NCBI GenBank assembly: GCA_963697165.1
Contig: CAVOMX010000017.1
Location: 1-64,000, forward strand
DNA from: Candidatus Bathyarchaeota archaeon
Lineage (GTDB): Archaea > Thermoproteota > Bathyarchaeia > Bathyarchaeales > Bathyarchaeaceae
Direction: 5' to 3'
Length of the DNA stretch: 64,000 nt
Shown: positions 40,914 to 51,725 of the stretch, piece after piece
How the letters are laid out: each line of letters begins with the position of its first letter
Numbering within the stretch: the stretch's first letter is position 1
Made by a program: the position numbers and the translations under genes
Notes under the pieces: generated by a model
Told to the model about the DNA's origin: nothing
Seen by the model: the letters and a program-made list of their open reading frames with translations, nothing else
The model's database searches: none

Positions 40914-42197
40914 TTACCAAGAACCAAATAATATCCATGCAAAGATTAATGTAAGAATTAGATTTAGTGATTGGCCTACAATATATAATTGGACTGGTTT
41001 ACCCCCGGAAATCTGGGTTTTAAGGGTTTTAAAGTCTGTTTCTAATCCTATACTCAAAAAGGCAATTGCAAAAAGAAACGTTCGAATGCTTCCTGTTAAT
41101 TTAAGGATGTTAGTTGACATCACTTCGCCCATTATGGGTAGGACTACAAATGAAGAGAGTATTGAAAGAAAGGCGAATCCAATTATAAATTTTGGAAATC
41201 TATACCAGATCTGAATTAGACCTGGTTTATCGTTTGAGGTTTTATCAATCTTTGTGACCCATAGAAATGCAATAACAAATGCTATTAGTGCAATCATAAC
41301 GTTTTGAATGAGTTTGATTACTGTGGCTACTTCCATTGCTTCTTCTCCCAGCAATTCTCCTGCAGCTACAACCGCACCGGTTGAATCAACGGTCCCCCCG
41401 ATCCAAGCTCCACCAACTATAAAGTCCATTCCCGTAAGTCTAATAAGAGTAGGTAGACCAACCAGCAGTATTACTGTGGATATTAAGGAAATTGAAATTG
41501 TTAATGTCAGAAATTCCTTTCTAGCTTTAGTTGCTGCTGCAACCGCTATAGCCGCAGATACTCCACAAACAGAGGTTGCAGCTGACATTAAGACTGTTAG
41601 TGTTTTATCCATTTTAAGAACAGATGTGCCATATTTGTACATAAGAAATAAGACGATGGGTGTTACTCCCCAGGCAAGCAATAGACCTTGTATTCCCAAA
41701 TTTAATATTTGGGAAAATAAAATTTCAGCGCCTAATAACACTAATCCTATTTTTATGTACAATTCTGTTTTTATTGCAGGTATTAAAAAATCGGGTACAC
41801 CGATTGTGTTGCTGATTATTAATCCAATAATTAATGCCCAAAGAACGTATTCCAAACCATAAGTTCCAATGAATGATTGTTTAGATATTACTTGGGCAAC
41901 TAATCCTAAAACCGAAAATATGAGAAAGGCAGGAATAAAAGTCGACAATTTACCTTGAATCGATTTGATAGCTATTGAAAGAATGATAAGTAGAATAAAT
42001 GTCAAAAAAAGATAGGAAATAAACCCATCTGTAGAAAATGAGTTAAAAGGATTTGTAACCCATAGATTTGGCTTAGGCACGGTAGTAATTATTCCTAATA
42101 AAGTGACCCCAAAAAGAATTAATCCCAACCAAACTGTCCACCAATCTTCTGACTTTCTTAAAGCTAAAAAAAGGGTTTTTAAAGATATGCTAATCAC
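40914..42197 (-). CDS. YeiH / putative sulfate exporter family transporter
   Basis: Contains SVCGVSAAIA, GAWIGGTVDSTGAVVAAG, KLIQN and RFPKF. Confidence 0.88.
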   Translation of the reverse strand: MISISLKTLFLALRKSEDWWTVWLGLILFGVTLLGIITTVPKPNLWVTNPFNSFSTDGFISYLFLTFILLIILSIAIKSIQGKLSTFIPAFLIFSVLGLVAQVISKQSFIGTYGLEYVLWALIIGLIISNTIGVPDFLIPAIKTELYIKIGLVLLGAEILFSQILNLGIQGLLLAWGVTPIVLFLMYKYGTSVLKMDKTLTVLMSAATSVCGVSAAIAVAAATKARKEFLTLTISISLISTVILLVGLPTLIRLTGMDFIVGGAWIGGTVDSTGAVVAAGELLGEEAMEVATVIKLIQNVMIALIAFVIAFLWVTKIDKTSNDKPGLIQIWYRFPKFIIGFAFLSILSSFVVLPIMGEVMSTNILKLTGSIRTFLFAIAFLSIGLETDFKTLKTQISGGKPVQLYIVGQSLNLILTLIFAWILFGSW

Positions 42198-42586
42198 CTT
42201 TATTTAATATTTTATCTAATTTCAATTTAACACTTTTCCGTAATTATTAACATCGAGTCAAAAGTAGCAATCTTTCACAGTGATGAGAAAAAGGCTGTTT
42301 TTATTCGGCTTCAAACTACTGGGATTCATAACGATATGGGTCCGTCGCTTGCAAGAAGGATTTCTGAGGAAATAAAATAGAAACTGGGTTTTCAAATAGC
42401 ATAAAAGTGATGATTATTCCTATTTTTACATATAGTTTATAGAAAAAATGGTCTGATCATCTAATCCAGCTGCCACAAATGCGCGCACATGTGTGGTTTC
42501 TATATTACTGAGTAAGATAAATTGGTTGGGGAATTAAAAGTTAATTAAGAAAATCAACTTAAAAGACGATTGAAGAGGGAAACAGC

Positions 42587-43645
42587 ATGTTCGCGTCTGA
42601 AAATATTGATTATAGAAGCGATACAGTCACCCTGCCTACTGAAGAAATGTTGGAGGCTATTAGACATGCAGATCTAGGTGATGACGTTTTTAGGGAAGAT
42701 CCAACAGTTAATAGGCTCGAGCAACTTGCCGCCGAAATGATGGGTAAGGAAGCAGCTCTTCTTGTTACAAGTGGAACCCAAGCCAATTTAATTTCTTTGA
42801 TGAGTAACTCTAATCGTGGAAATCTTGTGATACTTGAGGCTGAATCACATATTTACTGGTATGAGGTAGGCGGCATCTCTATGATAGCTGGATTATTTCC
42901 GTGGCCAGTGAAAAGTGCATTGGGGGTACTTGATCCTGAAGATGTTGAAGCTGCAATAAGACCAAGAAACATCCATTTTCCAGAACCTTCTCTAATCTGC
43001 ATCGAGAACACGCATAATAGGCATGGTGGAACAATCATAACTCCCAGTCAAATAGAAGCAATAAGTGAAGTTACCCATAAACATGGTCTGAAACTTTACA
43101 TGGATGGTGCACGGATTTTTAACGCTGCAGTTGCGTTAAAAGTTGATGTTAAAGAATTTACCAAGCATGTTGACAATTTAATGTTTTGTCTATCTAAAAG
43201 TTTGTGCTGTCCAGTCGGTTCGTTGCTTGTTGGTACCAGCGATTTCATTGAAAAAGCTAGAAAATTAAGAAAAGTGTTGGGTGGTGGAATGCGTCAAGCA
43301 GGAATAATCGCAGCTCCGGGTATTGTTGCTTTAGAAAGAATGATTGATAGGTTGGAAGAGGATCACAGAAATGCTAGACGTTTAGCAGAGGGAATTGCTA
43401 AAATGGAAGGAATCCAGATTGACTTGAACCGTGTGCAGACGAACATGGTGTGTTTTGACATTACTGGTTTGGGAATATCCAACGAATTATTCGTATCGAA
43501 GCTTAAAGAGAATGGAATACTTGCTTTACCATTGACTGAGAACAAAGTGCGGATGGTAACCCATAGAGGAATTGAAGAAGAACATATAAAAAAGTCCGTT
43601 GAAGTAATTGAAAATATAACAAACGAATTCCGGCGGTCTTTGTAA
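42587..43645 (+). CDS. ltaE: Low-specificity L-threonine aldolase
   Basis: Contains RSDTVT, GDDV..EDPTV, DGARIFNA, CLSK (PLP Lys) and GGGMRQAG. Confidence 0.93.
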   Translation: MFASENIDYRSDTVTLPTEEMLEAIRHADLGDDVFREDPTVNRLEQLAAEMMGKEAALLVTSGTQANLISLMSNSNRGNLVILEAESHIYWYEVGGISMIAGLFPWPVKSALGVLDPEDVEAAIRPRNIHFPEPSLICIENTHNRHGGTIITPSQIEAISEVTHKHGLKLYMDGARIFNAAVALKVDVKEFTKHVDNLMFCLSKSLCCPVGSLLVGTSDFIEKARKLRKVLGGGMRQAGIIAAPGIVALERMIDRLEEDHRNARRLAEGIAKMEGIQIDLNRVQTNMVCFDITGLGISNELFVSKLKENGILALPLTENKVRMVTHRGIEEEHIKKSVEVIENITNEFRRSL

Positions 43646-43728
43646 CTAACAACTCCAAAACAGGTAAAAACCTTTAGAGCCGGAAAAATTGGCGTGGAAG
43701 TCTTCAAGAAGTCAATAAAGTTCCAATC

Positions 43729-44298
43729 TTAACCTGTCTTCTGGATATCCGCCCATCTCTGGTATAGGTCATGTTCGATTCCTAGAACATCCAAAATCCT
43801 TCCAACAACAAAATCTACCAAATCATCAATGTTTTTTGGTTTATGGTAATACGCTGGCATTGACGGAACGATTATGGCACCTTGTTTTGCGAGGTCAAGC
43901 ATGTTCCGAAGATGAATGATATTTAACGGGGTTTCTCTAGGCACAAGGATTAGCTTTCTCTGTTCCTTAAGTGCTACATCTGCTGCTCTTAGGATAACGT
44001 TCTCTGCGAATCCGCTAGCGATACCTGCTAGTGTTTTCATACTGCAAGGAACAATCACCATACCATCCATTATGAATGATCCACTCACTATGGGGGAACT
44101 CCAGTCATCAATTTCATAGACGTGATTTGCCAATTTTTCAAGGGTTTTTTCGGATGTTTCAAGTTCAAGTTTGATTATCCTTTTTGCGGCTTGACTGATG
44201 ACAAGATGGGTTTCAACTTTTTTGTTGTGTAACTCTTCTAGTAGGCGTTTACCGTAGATGACCCCACTGGCTCCGGTTATTGCTATGGTAAGTTTCAA
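43729..44298 (-). CDS. ubiX: Flavin prenyltransferase
   Basis: Contains ITGASG, SGS, PCSMKTL, RAADV.LKE and RETP. Confidence 0.95.
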   Translation of the reverse strand: MKLTIAITGASGVIYGKRLLEELHNKKVETHLVISQAAKRIIKLELETSEKTLEKLANHVYEIDDWSSPIVSGSFIMDGMVIVPCSMKTLAGIASGFAENVILRAADVALKEQRKLILVPRETPLNIIHLRNMLDLAKQGAIIVPSMPAYYHKPKNIDDLVDFVVGRILDVLGIEHDLYQRWADIQKTG

Positions 44299-44378
44299 TT
44301 AAGCACCTAACTCTTATTATCTGTTTGTTGCTCACTAAAGCCTTTTGGAAACATAAGAAAACCGCTGACTAAACGCCT

Positions 44379-45026
44379 TTATTCGTTCTTTTGTTCGGGT
44401 GTTAACGCTGGGATTCTTCGGAAGATTATGAGTCCCAGTAGTAGTGAGGCAGTTAGGTCGATTATTCCTTGTATGGTATTCCAGATTGCTACTTCAGCAA
44501 CATATGCTCCTAATCCAATTAGACCTAATGAGTTTCCGATGAAGCTTAACGAATTTGCACTCGAGAACATGACAATTATTGAGTCTGGTGTCATGTAATA
44601 GAATAAGGGTAATGCAAAGTAGAAATTGAAAACTACAGTAACTATGGCTCGTACAATGAGTGCAAAAACACTGGCTAGCACAAAAAGGCGCTTGTTTTCT
44701 AGGAGTCCTTTTGTCCCGCCTGCTTTCCATGCGAAGATTGCTGGGATAAGGAACATCCAGATGGTTGCTACAGATTTCATGGTTGCTCCAACCCAGCCTC
44801 CGGCGAAGGGACCTAGAAATCCTACGAGTGGCGCGCTGATTAGTAGGCTTAAAAGGGCGGGTTTTAATCCAAATATTATCCAGCATATCATCCAAGGGAT
44901 GGCTACGAGGTCTATTCGCATGCCCCATGGTGTTACGAATAGGGGTACAAAAATCTGTAGGATTACTGCTAGTGGGGCTAGTATTGTTGCGCCTGCGAGT
45001 TTTATTGTTGGTCTGTTGAGGTTCAT
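44379..45026 (-). CDS. ECF transporter S-component-like membrane protein
   Basis: Contains M.ID...IP, about six TM segments, and N.IQG near the C-terminus. Confidence 0.7.
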   Translation of the reverse strand: MNLNRPTIKLAGATILAPLAVILQIFVPLFVTPWGMRIDLVAIPWMICWIIFGLKPALLSLLISAPLVGFLGPFAGGWVGATMKSVATIWMFLIPAIFAWKAGGTKGLLENKRLFVLASVFALIVRAIVTVVFNFYFALPLFYYMTPDSIIVMFSSANSLSFIGNSLGLIGLGAYVAEVAIWNTIQGIIDLTASLLLGLIIFRRIPALTPEQKNE

Positions 45027-45168
45027 TTCTATTCTCCTAATGGTTGGTTTCTATTATTTTAACTTATTTAAGAGTAACTACCCATAAAAGAGTATAATTT
45101 TTGGTGTTTTCAAAGAAAGGTTTTAAAGAATTCACTCCATTCTTAAAGTAAAGTGTGGAACATGAGTT

Positions 45169-46420
45169 ATGTCTGAAACTCTTGAGATGCCGCTCAATGC
45201 CCTCAACGAATGGCTAAACAAAGAAACAACCGCCATAATTGAACCCCTAAAGGATGACGCAAAAAAGATACTTGAAGACACCAAAACTAAGCTTGAAGAA
45301 CTCTCAGACGCCAGTGACAAATTGTTAGATGATGCAGAAAAAGAGATGGCAAAATCTAGCCGCAAAACATATAATCGCGCAAAATATCTCTACAAACTCG
45401 CTGGAACATTCTCTGATTTAATTGAGAAAGTCACCATTCCCGAAGAAATCAACGGAAAAACCCTTAATGAAACTTCTGAACAAATCGGAAAAACCATAAA
45501 AACAATCGGTCAAGAGAAAACAAAATGGTTCCGCGCGATTTCACCATACTTCATAATTTCTCGTCGAAGATTCGAGGCTTCATTTAAGAGGGCAGATGAT
45601 TCAATCCGAAACTTTACTGACTTCATGACGAAAGAGTACGTTAAGGCTGAAAGCGCTGAAAACGTTTTTTCCAAGATAGATGAGTTACGCCAATCCTTAG
45701 CCGAGTTAAACGAGTACGAAAAAGGTAAAGAAACAAGAGAACAGAAAAAACAGCTTCTTGAAACGAACATAGCCAAGAGTCAACAGAATATTCAGGCAAT
45801 CCAGTGTAAAGACGAGGTAGTTGAACTCGTTCAAATAAACTCGAGAATCAAAGAATTGACTGAAACTGTTAAACATGAATTGCGACACATCCAAAAACCG
45901 CTTCTAAAATTTCAAACATTAGTTAACAGCCCTGGATACAGTCTCTTTCCTGAGGCAACCAGTAAACTTGATGAATACTTGTCTAATCCATTTGATGCCT
46001 TGGCGACAGAAAAAGAAGGTTATCCTCTGCTAAGAAGCATTCTTCAAAAGATAGACACAGTTTTAGATAACAAACAAATGAAACTTAAACCGAGTCGCCT
46101 GAAGAAGGCGAAAGACCAGATAGAAAGTATTGTAAATAAAGAGGCTTTAGTGTCGCTTCAGAAGAACTGCAGCAAAGTTTTAAACAAAAAATATGAGTTG
46201 TCGGCTTCAGGGACAATAAGCGAGTGCAGAGACGAAAGAGCAAGATTACATGATCGCTTGGAAGACTTGCAGACGACAGAAGAGTATCGTTGAAATCAGA
46301 GACAGTAGGTTAGAGAAAGAGCATAATGAAGCACGCAAAAAAATTGACGACCAGAAAAGGGCTCTGGAAAAGATTGTGTCAGATATATCCTCCAAGAATG
46401 TACAGATCGTGATAAATTAA
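45169..46420 (+). CDS. Coiled-coil hypothetical protein (frameshift at ~46275)
   Basis: Heptad-rich; removing one base extends the ORF to TAA at 46418-46420. Confidence 0.65.
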
Positions 46421-46543
46421 CTGTATTTCAAAACATTTTATCCATAAATTTCATGATCTAGGAAACTGGTAAAAGTCTGTAAACCTTTATTTAATGGAAT
46501 TATTAAATTTAGGTCTATACAAAAAGCGGGGGTAAGGCTAAAC

Positions 46544-46996
46544 ATGTTCGAAGATCAAATAGACAAAATTATCGATAAGTATGAGAACGAAAAAGGTATT
46601 TTGATTCAATTATTACTCGATATTCAACACGAGTTTCGTTGGATACCAAAGGATGCAATAACAAGAATAAGTGAGAGGCTCAAGATTCCCTACAGTCAAA
46701 TATTTAGGGTTGCAAGTTTTTACACTGGACTGAGTCTCAAACCTATAGGTCGTCATCTTATTAGAGTATGCGTTGGTACTGCTTGTTATGTTCGAGGAGG
46801 ACCGAGAATTCTGGATGCCGTAGAGAATAAATTAGGGATAAAATCTGGCGAGACAACAAGTGACAATAAGTTCAGTTTAGAGACAGTAAATTGCTTAGGT
46901 TGCTGCGCCTTGGGGCCAGTTATGGAAATTGATGGTCAATATTTTGGAAAGCTCAATTCCGCAAATCTTGAGAAAACACTCTCTAACTATAATTAA
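46544..46996 (+). CDS. NuoE/HydC-like 2Fe-2S subunit
   Basis: Contains VASFY, CVGTAC and CLGCCALGP. Confidence 0.93.
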   Translation: MFEDQIDKIIDKYENEKGILIQLLLDIQHEFRWIPKDAITRISERLKIPYSQIFRVASFYTGLSLKPIGRHLIRVCVGTACYVRGGPRILDAVENKLGIKSGETTSDNKFSLETVNCLGCCALGPVMEIDGQYFGKLNSANLEKTLSNYN

Positions 46997-47014
46997 CAGG
47001 AGAAATGAAAAGTA

Positions 47015-48949
47015 ATGAAACCGTTAAAATCTTCTTCTGATCTGGAAAAACTCCGAAAAAAGATACTTGACAAAAAAGATCCTAAGAGGATAACTATCTC
47101 AGCATGCGTAAGTACTGGTTGTAAAGCTCTTGGCGCCCAAAAAGTCCTTGAAGCTTTCAATGTAGAACTCAAAAAACAGGGCCTAGACAGAAAAGTAGAT
47201 ATTAAAGAAACAGGTTGCCTAGGTTTCTGCGAAAAAGGTCCTAGAATAGTTATCTATCCTGAAGAAATTTACTATTTCCAAGTAGACGCAAAAGATGTAC
47301 CAGAAATCGTATCGAAGACTTTGATCAACAATGAAATTGTTGAAAGGTTACTTTACACTGATCTGATTACTGGCGAAAAAGCACGCTATCTGTCTGAAGT
47401 TCCATTCTATAAGTATCAGAACAGGCTTCTTTTGGAGAGCAATAGTAAAATCGACCCTAAAAAGATAGAGGATTACTTATCGATAGGTGGTTATGCAGCA
47501 TTAGCAAAAGCTCTTTTTCAAATGACACCTGAGGACGTAATGAATGAAGTTAAGGAATCCAAACTTCGCGGTCGGGGTGGAGGCGGTTTCCCAACTTACA
47601 TAAAGTGGGAATCTACCCGTAAGGCACCAGGAGAGCCCAAATATGTTATTGTAAACTGCGACGAAGGCGATCCGGGAGCCTTCATGAACAGGGCGTTGAT
47701 GGAAGGAAATCCACATTCAATTCTTGAGGGCCTTATCATAGGAGCTTATGCAATAGGTTCGGATGAGGGATTCCTTTATGTGCGTCAAGAGTATCCACTC
47801 GCAGTTGAGAACATGGAAATAGCCATTAAAGAAGCAGAAAAGATGGGACTTTTAGGTGAAGACATACTAGGTTCAGGATTTAACTTTAAGGTTAAGATCC
47901 ATAAAGGGGCAGGCGCTTTTGTGTCTGGCGAGTCAAGCGCTCTGATGACTGCAATAGAAGGAAAGGTCGGTGAACCAAGACCTAAATATGTCCACACATC
48001 TGAAAAAGGAGTCTGGGATAAGCCAAGCACACTGAATAATGTCGAAACATGGGCTAACATACCCCCTATAATCAATAATGGTGCTAAATGGTTTGCATCA
48101 ATTGGTACCGAAGCCAGCAAAGGCACCAAAATATTTGCTTTAGCCGGCAAAGTAAACAACACTGGTTTAGTTGAAGTTCCTTTCGGCATTTCATTAAGAG
48201 ATATCATATTCAAAATTGGTGAAGGAATCCGGGATGGAAAGCGATTCAAGGGTGTTCAAACTGGGGGTCCCTCTGGAGGCGTCATCCCTGAGCAGCACTT
48301 AGATTCTCCCGTTGATTTTGATGAACTCACCAAGCTAGGTTCAATGATGGGTTCTGGCGGGATGATCGTAATGGACGAAGATACCTGCATGGTAGAACTA
48401 GCCCGTTACTTTGTAAACTTCTTATGCGATGAATCTTGCGGAAAATGCACACCTTGTCGGGAAGGATTGAGGCAAGCTAGTATAATCTTAAACAGGATCG
48501 TTAGCGGTAAAGGAACAGAGGATGACATAGATAAGCTTGGAAAAATTGCAGAGGTAACCCGCGTTGCTTCCCTATGCGCTTTAGGACAAACATCTGCAAA
48601 TCCCTTGTTAACCACTCTTCGATACTTCAAAAACGAATACGAAGTACACATAAATGAAAAAAGATGTCCATCATTAGTCTGTAAAGACCTGATATCCTAT
48701 TATATTGACCCTGAAAAGTGTCAGGCCTGCATGATTTGTTATAGGAACTGTCCAACGAATGCGATAATCGGGGAAAAGATGAAAATTCACATCGTTGATC
48801 AATCAAAATGCATCAAATGTGGAAGCTGCTATGACTTATGTCCACCCAGATTTAAGGCAGTAAAAAAAATATCTGGTGAAGCGGTTCCACTACCCATTCC
48901 AGAAGAAGAGAGATTGGTCACGAGATTAAGGAAGGAGAAGCGGGACTAG
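47015..48949 (+). CDS. NuoF/HydB-like NAD(H)/FMN subunit with extra Fe-S domains
   Basis: N-terminal C-x4-C...CLGFC, GRGGGGFP, DEGDPGAFM, GGPSGG, CGKCTPC, H..EKRCP..VC and two C-terminal 4Fe-4S motifs. Confidence 0.93.
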   Translation: MKPLKSSSDLEKLRKKILDKKDPKRITISACVSTGCKALGAQKVLEAFNVELKKQGLDRKVDIKETGCLGFCEKGPRIVIYPEEIYYFQVDAKDVPEIVSKTLINNEIVERLLYTDLITGEKARYLSEVPFYKYQNRLLLESNSKIDPKKIEDYLSIGGYAALAKALFQMTPEDVMNEVKESKLRGRGGGGFPTYIKWESTRKAPGEPKYVIVNCDEGDPGAFMNRALMEGNPHSILEGLIIGAYAIGSDEGFLYVRQEYPLAVENMEIAIKEAEKMGLLGEDILGSGFNFKVKIHKGAGAFVSGESSALMTAIEGKVGEPRPKYVHTSEKGVWDKPSTLNNVETWANIPPIINNGAKWFASIGTEASKGTKIFALAGKVNNTGLVEVPFGISLRDIIFKIGEGIRDGKRFKGVQTGGPSGGVIPEQHLDSPVDFDELTKLGSMMGSGGMIVMDEDTCMVELARYFVNFLCDESCGKCTPCREGLRQASIILNRIVSGKGTEDDIDKLGKIAEVTRVASLCALGQTSANPLLTTLRYFKNEYEVHINEKRCPSLVCKDLISYYIDPEKCQACMICYRNCPTNAIIGEKMKIHIVDQSKCIKCGSCYDLCPPRFKAVKKISGEAVPLPIPEEERLVTRLRKEKRD

Positions 48950-48959
48950 AGGAGCGTGA

Positions 48960-50393
48960 ATGAAGATGGAAAGAAGCGAAAAAGAAATCACGTTGAAGAT
49001 AGACGGGAATGAAGTCAATGCCAAAGAAGGAACATCCATTTTTGATGTAGCAAAAACAGTTGGTATTACGATTCCTACGCTCTGTCATAATACTGTTCTT
49101 GAGCCTTTTGGTGCTTGCCGTGTATGTTCGGTGGAAATAACGGACAAGCGAGGAAGGAAAAAGATTGTGACTTCATGCAATTACCCTGTATTTGAAGGAC
49201 TCATTGTTGACACAAAATCTGAGAAAGTATTCAGAACGCGTCAATTGCTCCTTGAGTTGTTACTTGCTCGCTGTCCAAATGCTAAAAAGATACAGGATTT
49301 AGCGCGGGAATATGGCGTTGAGACGCCGAGCTTTTGTGTAGTAGACCCAGAAGAGGATTGTATCCTCTGTGGCTTGTGTGCTCGTGTTTGTGAAGAAAAA
49401 GTTGGCGTATCTGCAATCAATTTTGCGAATCGAGGCGTAGAACGAGAAGTCACATCTCCATATCACACGATATCTGATGATTGCGTGGGATGTGGCGCAT
49501 GCGCTATCGTCTGCCCTACAGACTCAAAAAAAGTTAGAATAAACACCTATCCCATGCTGGAAGAGGACATTAAGGAAGCAGAAAAGAAGTTTCTGAACGG
49601 AACAAAAGACGAATTTTTGGGCGTTTACACCGAGCTTTTTGCAGCAAAAAGTTCTATTGATGGCCAAGATGGAGGAATGGCTACTGCTTTGCTCCTTTCG
49701 GGATTTGAGAAGGGATTGTTTGATGCTGCTATTGTCGTTAAGCGAACAGTTGGATATAAAGCGGAGGCAATTATTGCTGAAACTGCTGATGACATACTGA
49801 ATGCACGAGGAACTAAATATTCAAGAGTTAAAATGATGTCAAAAGTAGGGGAGCTAGTGGAAAAAGGGAAAAAGAGAATAGCTATTGTTGGTACGCCATG
49901 CGAGGTTCGAACAGGAAGAAAAATTCAGCAACAACTACTAAGTAAATACCCCGACCTAGAGATTACCATCGTAGGATTGTTCTGCTTTGAAGCCTTCGAT
50001 TACGACAAACTGAAAGAAGAAATAAAGAGGTTCTTGGGTGTTGATTTGGACAAGGCTGAAAAAACTCAGATACAGAAAGGAAAATTTATAGTTCGAATTG
50101 GTGAAAACGAATACTCTGCAAAGGTGAAAGAATTTCACGATGCTATTCAGGGCGGATGCGCTTACTGTAATGATTTTGTTGCCCGACTTGCCGATGTTTC
50201 AGTTGGTTCAGTAGGAAGCAAGGATGGATATTCAACAGTGATAGTTAGGTCGGATAAAGGAAAGAAGCTTCTGGAAAATGTTGACTTCGTTAAAGGAGAT
50301 TGTAACAAAGAAGACGTGATAAAACTAGCGGATTTCAAAAAGAAAAGAGCGGACAAAAACTTTTCTCCAATTATTAAAGGGACACAGAAGTAG
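48960..50393 (+). CDS. Fusion of HydA/NuoG N-terminal Fe-S module with F420-binding FrhB-like domain
   Basis: Fe-S part: IPTLC...GACRVC...SC, CILCGLC and CVGCGAC. FrhB part: GQDGG..TALL, VGTPC, GLFCFE, GCAYCNDF and DVSVGSVGS. Confidence 0.88.
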   Translation: MKMERSEKEITLKIDGNEVNAKEGTSIFDVAKTVGITIPTLCHNTVLEPFGACRVCSVEITDKRGRKKIVTSCNYPVFEGLIVDTKSEKVFRTRQLLLELLLARCPNAKKIQDLAREYGVETPSFCVVDPEEDCILCGLCARVCEEKVGVSAINFANRGVEREVTSPYHTISDDCVGCGACAIVCPTDSKKVRINTYPMLEEDIKEAEKKFLNGTKDEFLGVYTELFAAKSSIDGQDGGMATALLLSGFEKGLFDAAIVVKRTVGYKAEAIIAETADDILNARGTKYSRVKMMSKVGELVEKGKKRIAIVGTPCEVRTGRKIQQQLLSKYPDLEITIVGLFCFEAFDYDKLKEEIKRFLGVDLDKAEKTQIQKGKFIVRIGENEYSAKVKEFHDAIQGGCAYCNDFVARLADVSVGSVGSKDGYSTVIVRSDKGKKLLENVDFVKGDCNKEDVIKLADFKKKRADKNFSPIIKGTQK

Positions 50394-50413
50394 AAATTGA
50401 GAACCACAAAATT

Positions 50414-50446
50414 AAATCCTGTTTAGACAGGATTTCTCCTTTTTTT
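50414..50446 (+). terminator. Hairpin plus T-tract after the redox operon
   Basis: AAATCCTGT-TTAG-ACAGGATTT followed by CTCCTTTTTTT. Confidence 0.6.
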
Positions 50447-50449
50447 ATG

Positions 50450-50962
50450 TTACTTTATTGTTCTGAATAGTTTGTATCTTTGTAATCGTGGCCAACCCGT
50501 TTTTGCATATTTCATCATGTCAGGGTTTTTCTTTAGCCAATCCATCATGTGGAAAAAGTTTTTTGCCCGTTTGCTTTCTCGTTCTTCTAGAGGTTCGTAA
50601 CCTAGATTTCTTAGTTCATCGAGGTAAGCGGTTTCCGTGAAGTCCTGTGGATCTCCTGTAACTTTGATTCTGTGGATTCGGTCTTCACCATATTTTCGTT
50701 TTAGTCTCTCGATAACATCGTCAAAGATGTATCCTCTGCAGATGTGAATTTCTTCCTCTGGTTTTGGTTTCATTTCAGCCAGTAGCTTGGTTACAATCTT
50801 TGAGGATTGGGTCATGTATGCTTTTCGTGAAAAAAGTCTGGCTTGAAAATTTTTCACGTCAATAATGTCGTATTTGAATTCGCGGGTTGAATCTTGATAT
50901 GCTGCGATAACAACACCAAAGAGTAGGTCGCCCATTCCCGCATCATCTATAATAATTGTCAT
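50450..50962 (-). CDS. Hypothetical protein, RNase HII-like fold
   Basis: N-terminal IIIDDAG.G.L.FGVVIA resembles the RNase HII DEAG motif. Confidence 0.55.
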   Translation of the reverse strand: MTIIIDDAGMGDLLFGVVIAAYQDSTREFKYDIIDVKNFQARLFSRKAYMTQSSKIVTKLLAEMKPKPEEEIHICRGYIFDDVIERLKRKYGEDRIHRIKVTGDPQDFTETAYLDELRNLGYEPLEERESKRAKNFFHMMDWLKKNPDMMKYAKTGWPRLQRYKLFRTIK

Positions 50963-51234
50963 TAGGGTTCCCTTTTTTACTCAATGGAGTAACTGACGCT
51001 GAAATAAAAATGGTCCGTTTCTTTTATAACAATAGTGATTTGGAGCGTCTGCAGAGAATGCGTTAAGTGTTTAATTTTTAATAAAATACCCGCACGCTAT
51101 ATATGCAACCGTGCATTATATGTACTCAATGGAATTCTCTTAGTGAATATCGACAAAAATGGTCTCGTTTTTGTCGTTATTTTGAGTATTCTGTTAGGAA
51201 AAATCTGGCAAAAGCAAGAGAGGTATGTTAAAAG

Positions 51235-51435
51235 TTGTCTATGTCTGGTATTCAATTTAAAATGCATCAGCGGCTTATTCGGAAATTTGAGAAAGTAGGA
51301 GCTGTTTCGGAGGAGACCGCTAAAACGTTTGTAGAAGCTGACCTAGATTTGACGGAACAGTGTTGGTTGGACTATTTTGCTGGTTCTTTTCTTGGCAGCA
51401 TAAAGAAGACTAGGGACCATCGGTATTATCTGTAA
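51235..51435 (+). CDS. Small hypothetical protein
   Basis: 66-aa ORF with plausible composition (GAVSEETAKT...RYYL). Confidence 0.5.
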   Translation: MSMSGIQFKMHQRLIRKFEKVGAVSEETAKTFVEADLDLTEQCWLDYFAGSFLGSIKKTRDHRYYL

Positions 51436-51725
51436 AATTCCAAATGTATTATGGAATACTTTGCGTTATGATTTTTGTTGTTTCATACAGGTAATGTAAT
51501 TATATAAAATTTTAAAATGTTATTTATTCACAGGTTTCTTTGAGTAGGAATATCTAAGGTTTCTGCAAATGATGTTTTGAAGTAGCTGGAGTTTAAGGCT
51601 AAGCCTGATCAGTTAGCGGGATGGACAATGTATGGAATATCAACCGAACTTGTGTGAAGTAACCGAAATTACAGATAATTTATAGGTGAATTTTACATTA
51701 AAGGGCTGAATGTTTGGTGGGTTAG

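Noticed and set aside
46544..50393. [FeFe]-hydrogenase or respiratory complex I
   Set aside because: No H-cluster motifs, no NiFe subunit, and no membrane nuo genes adjacent.
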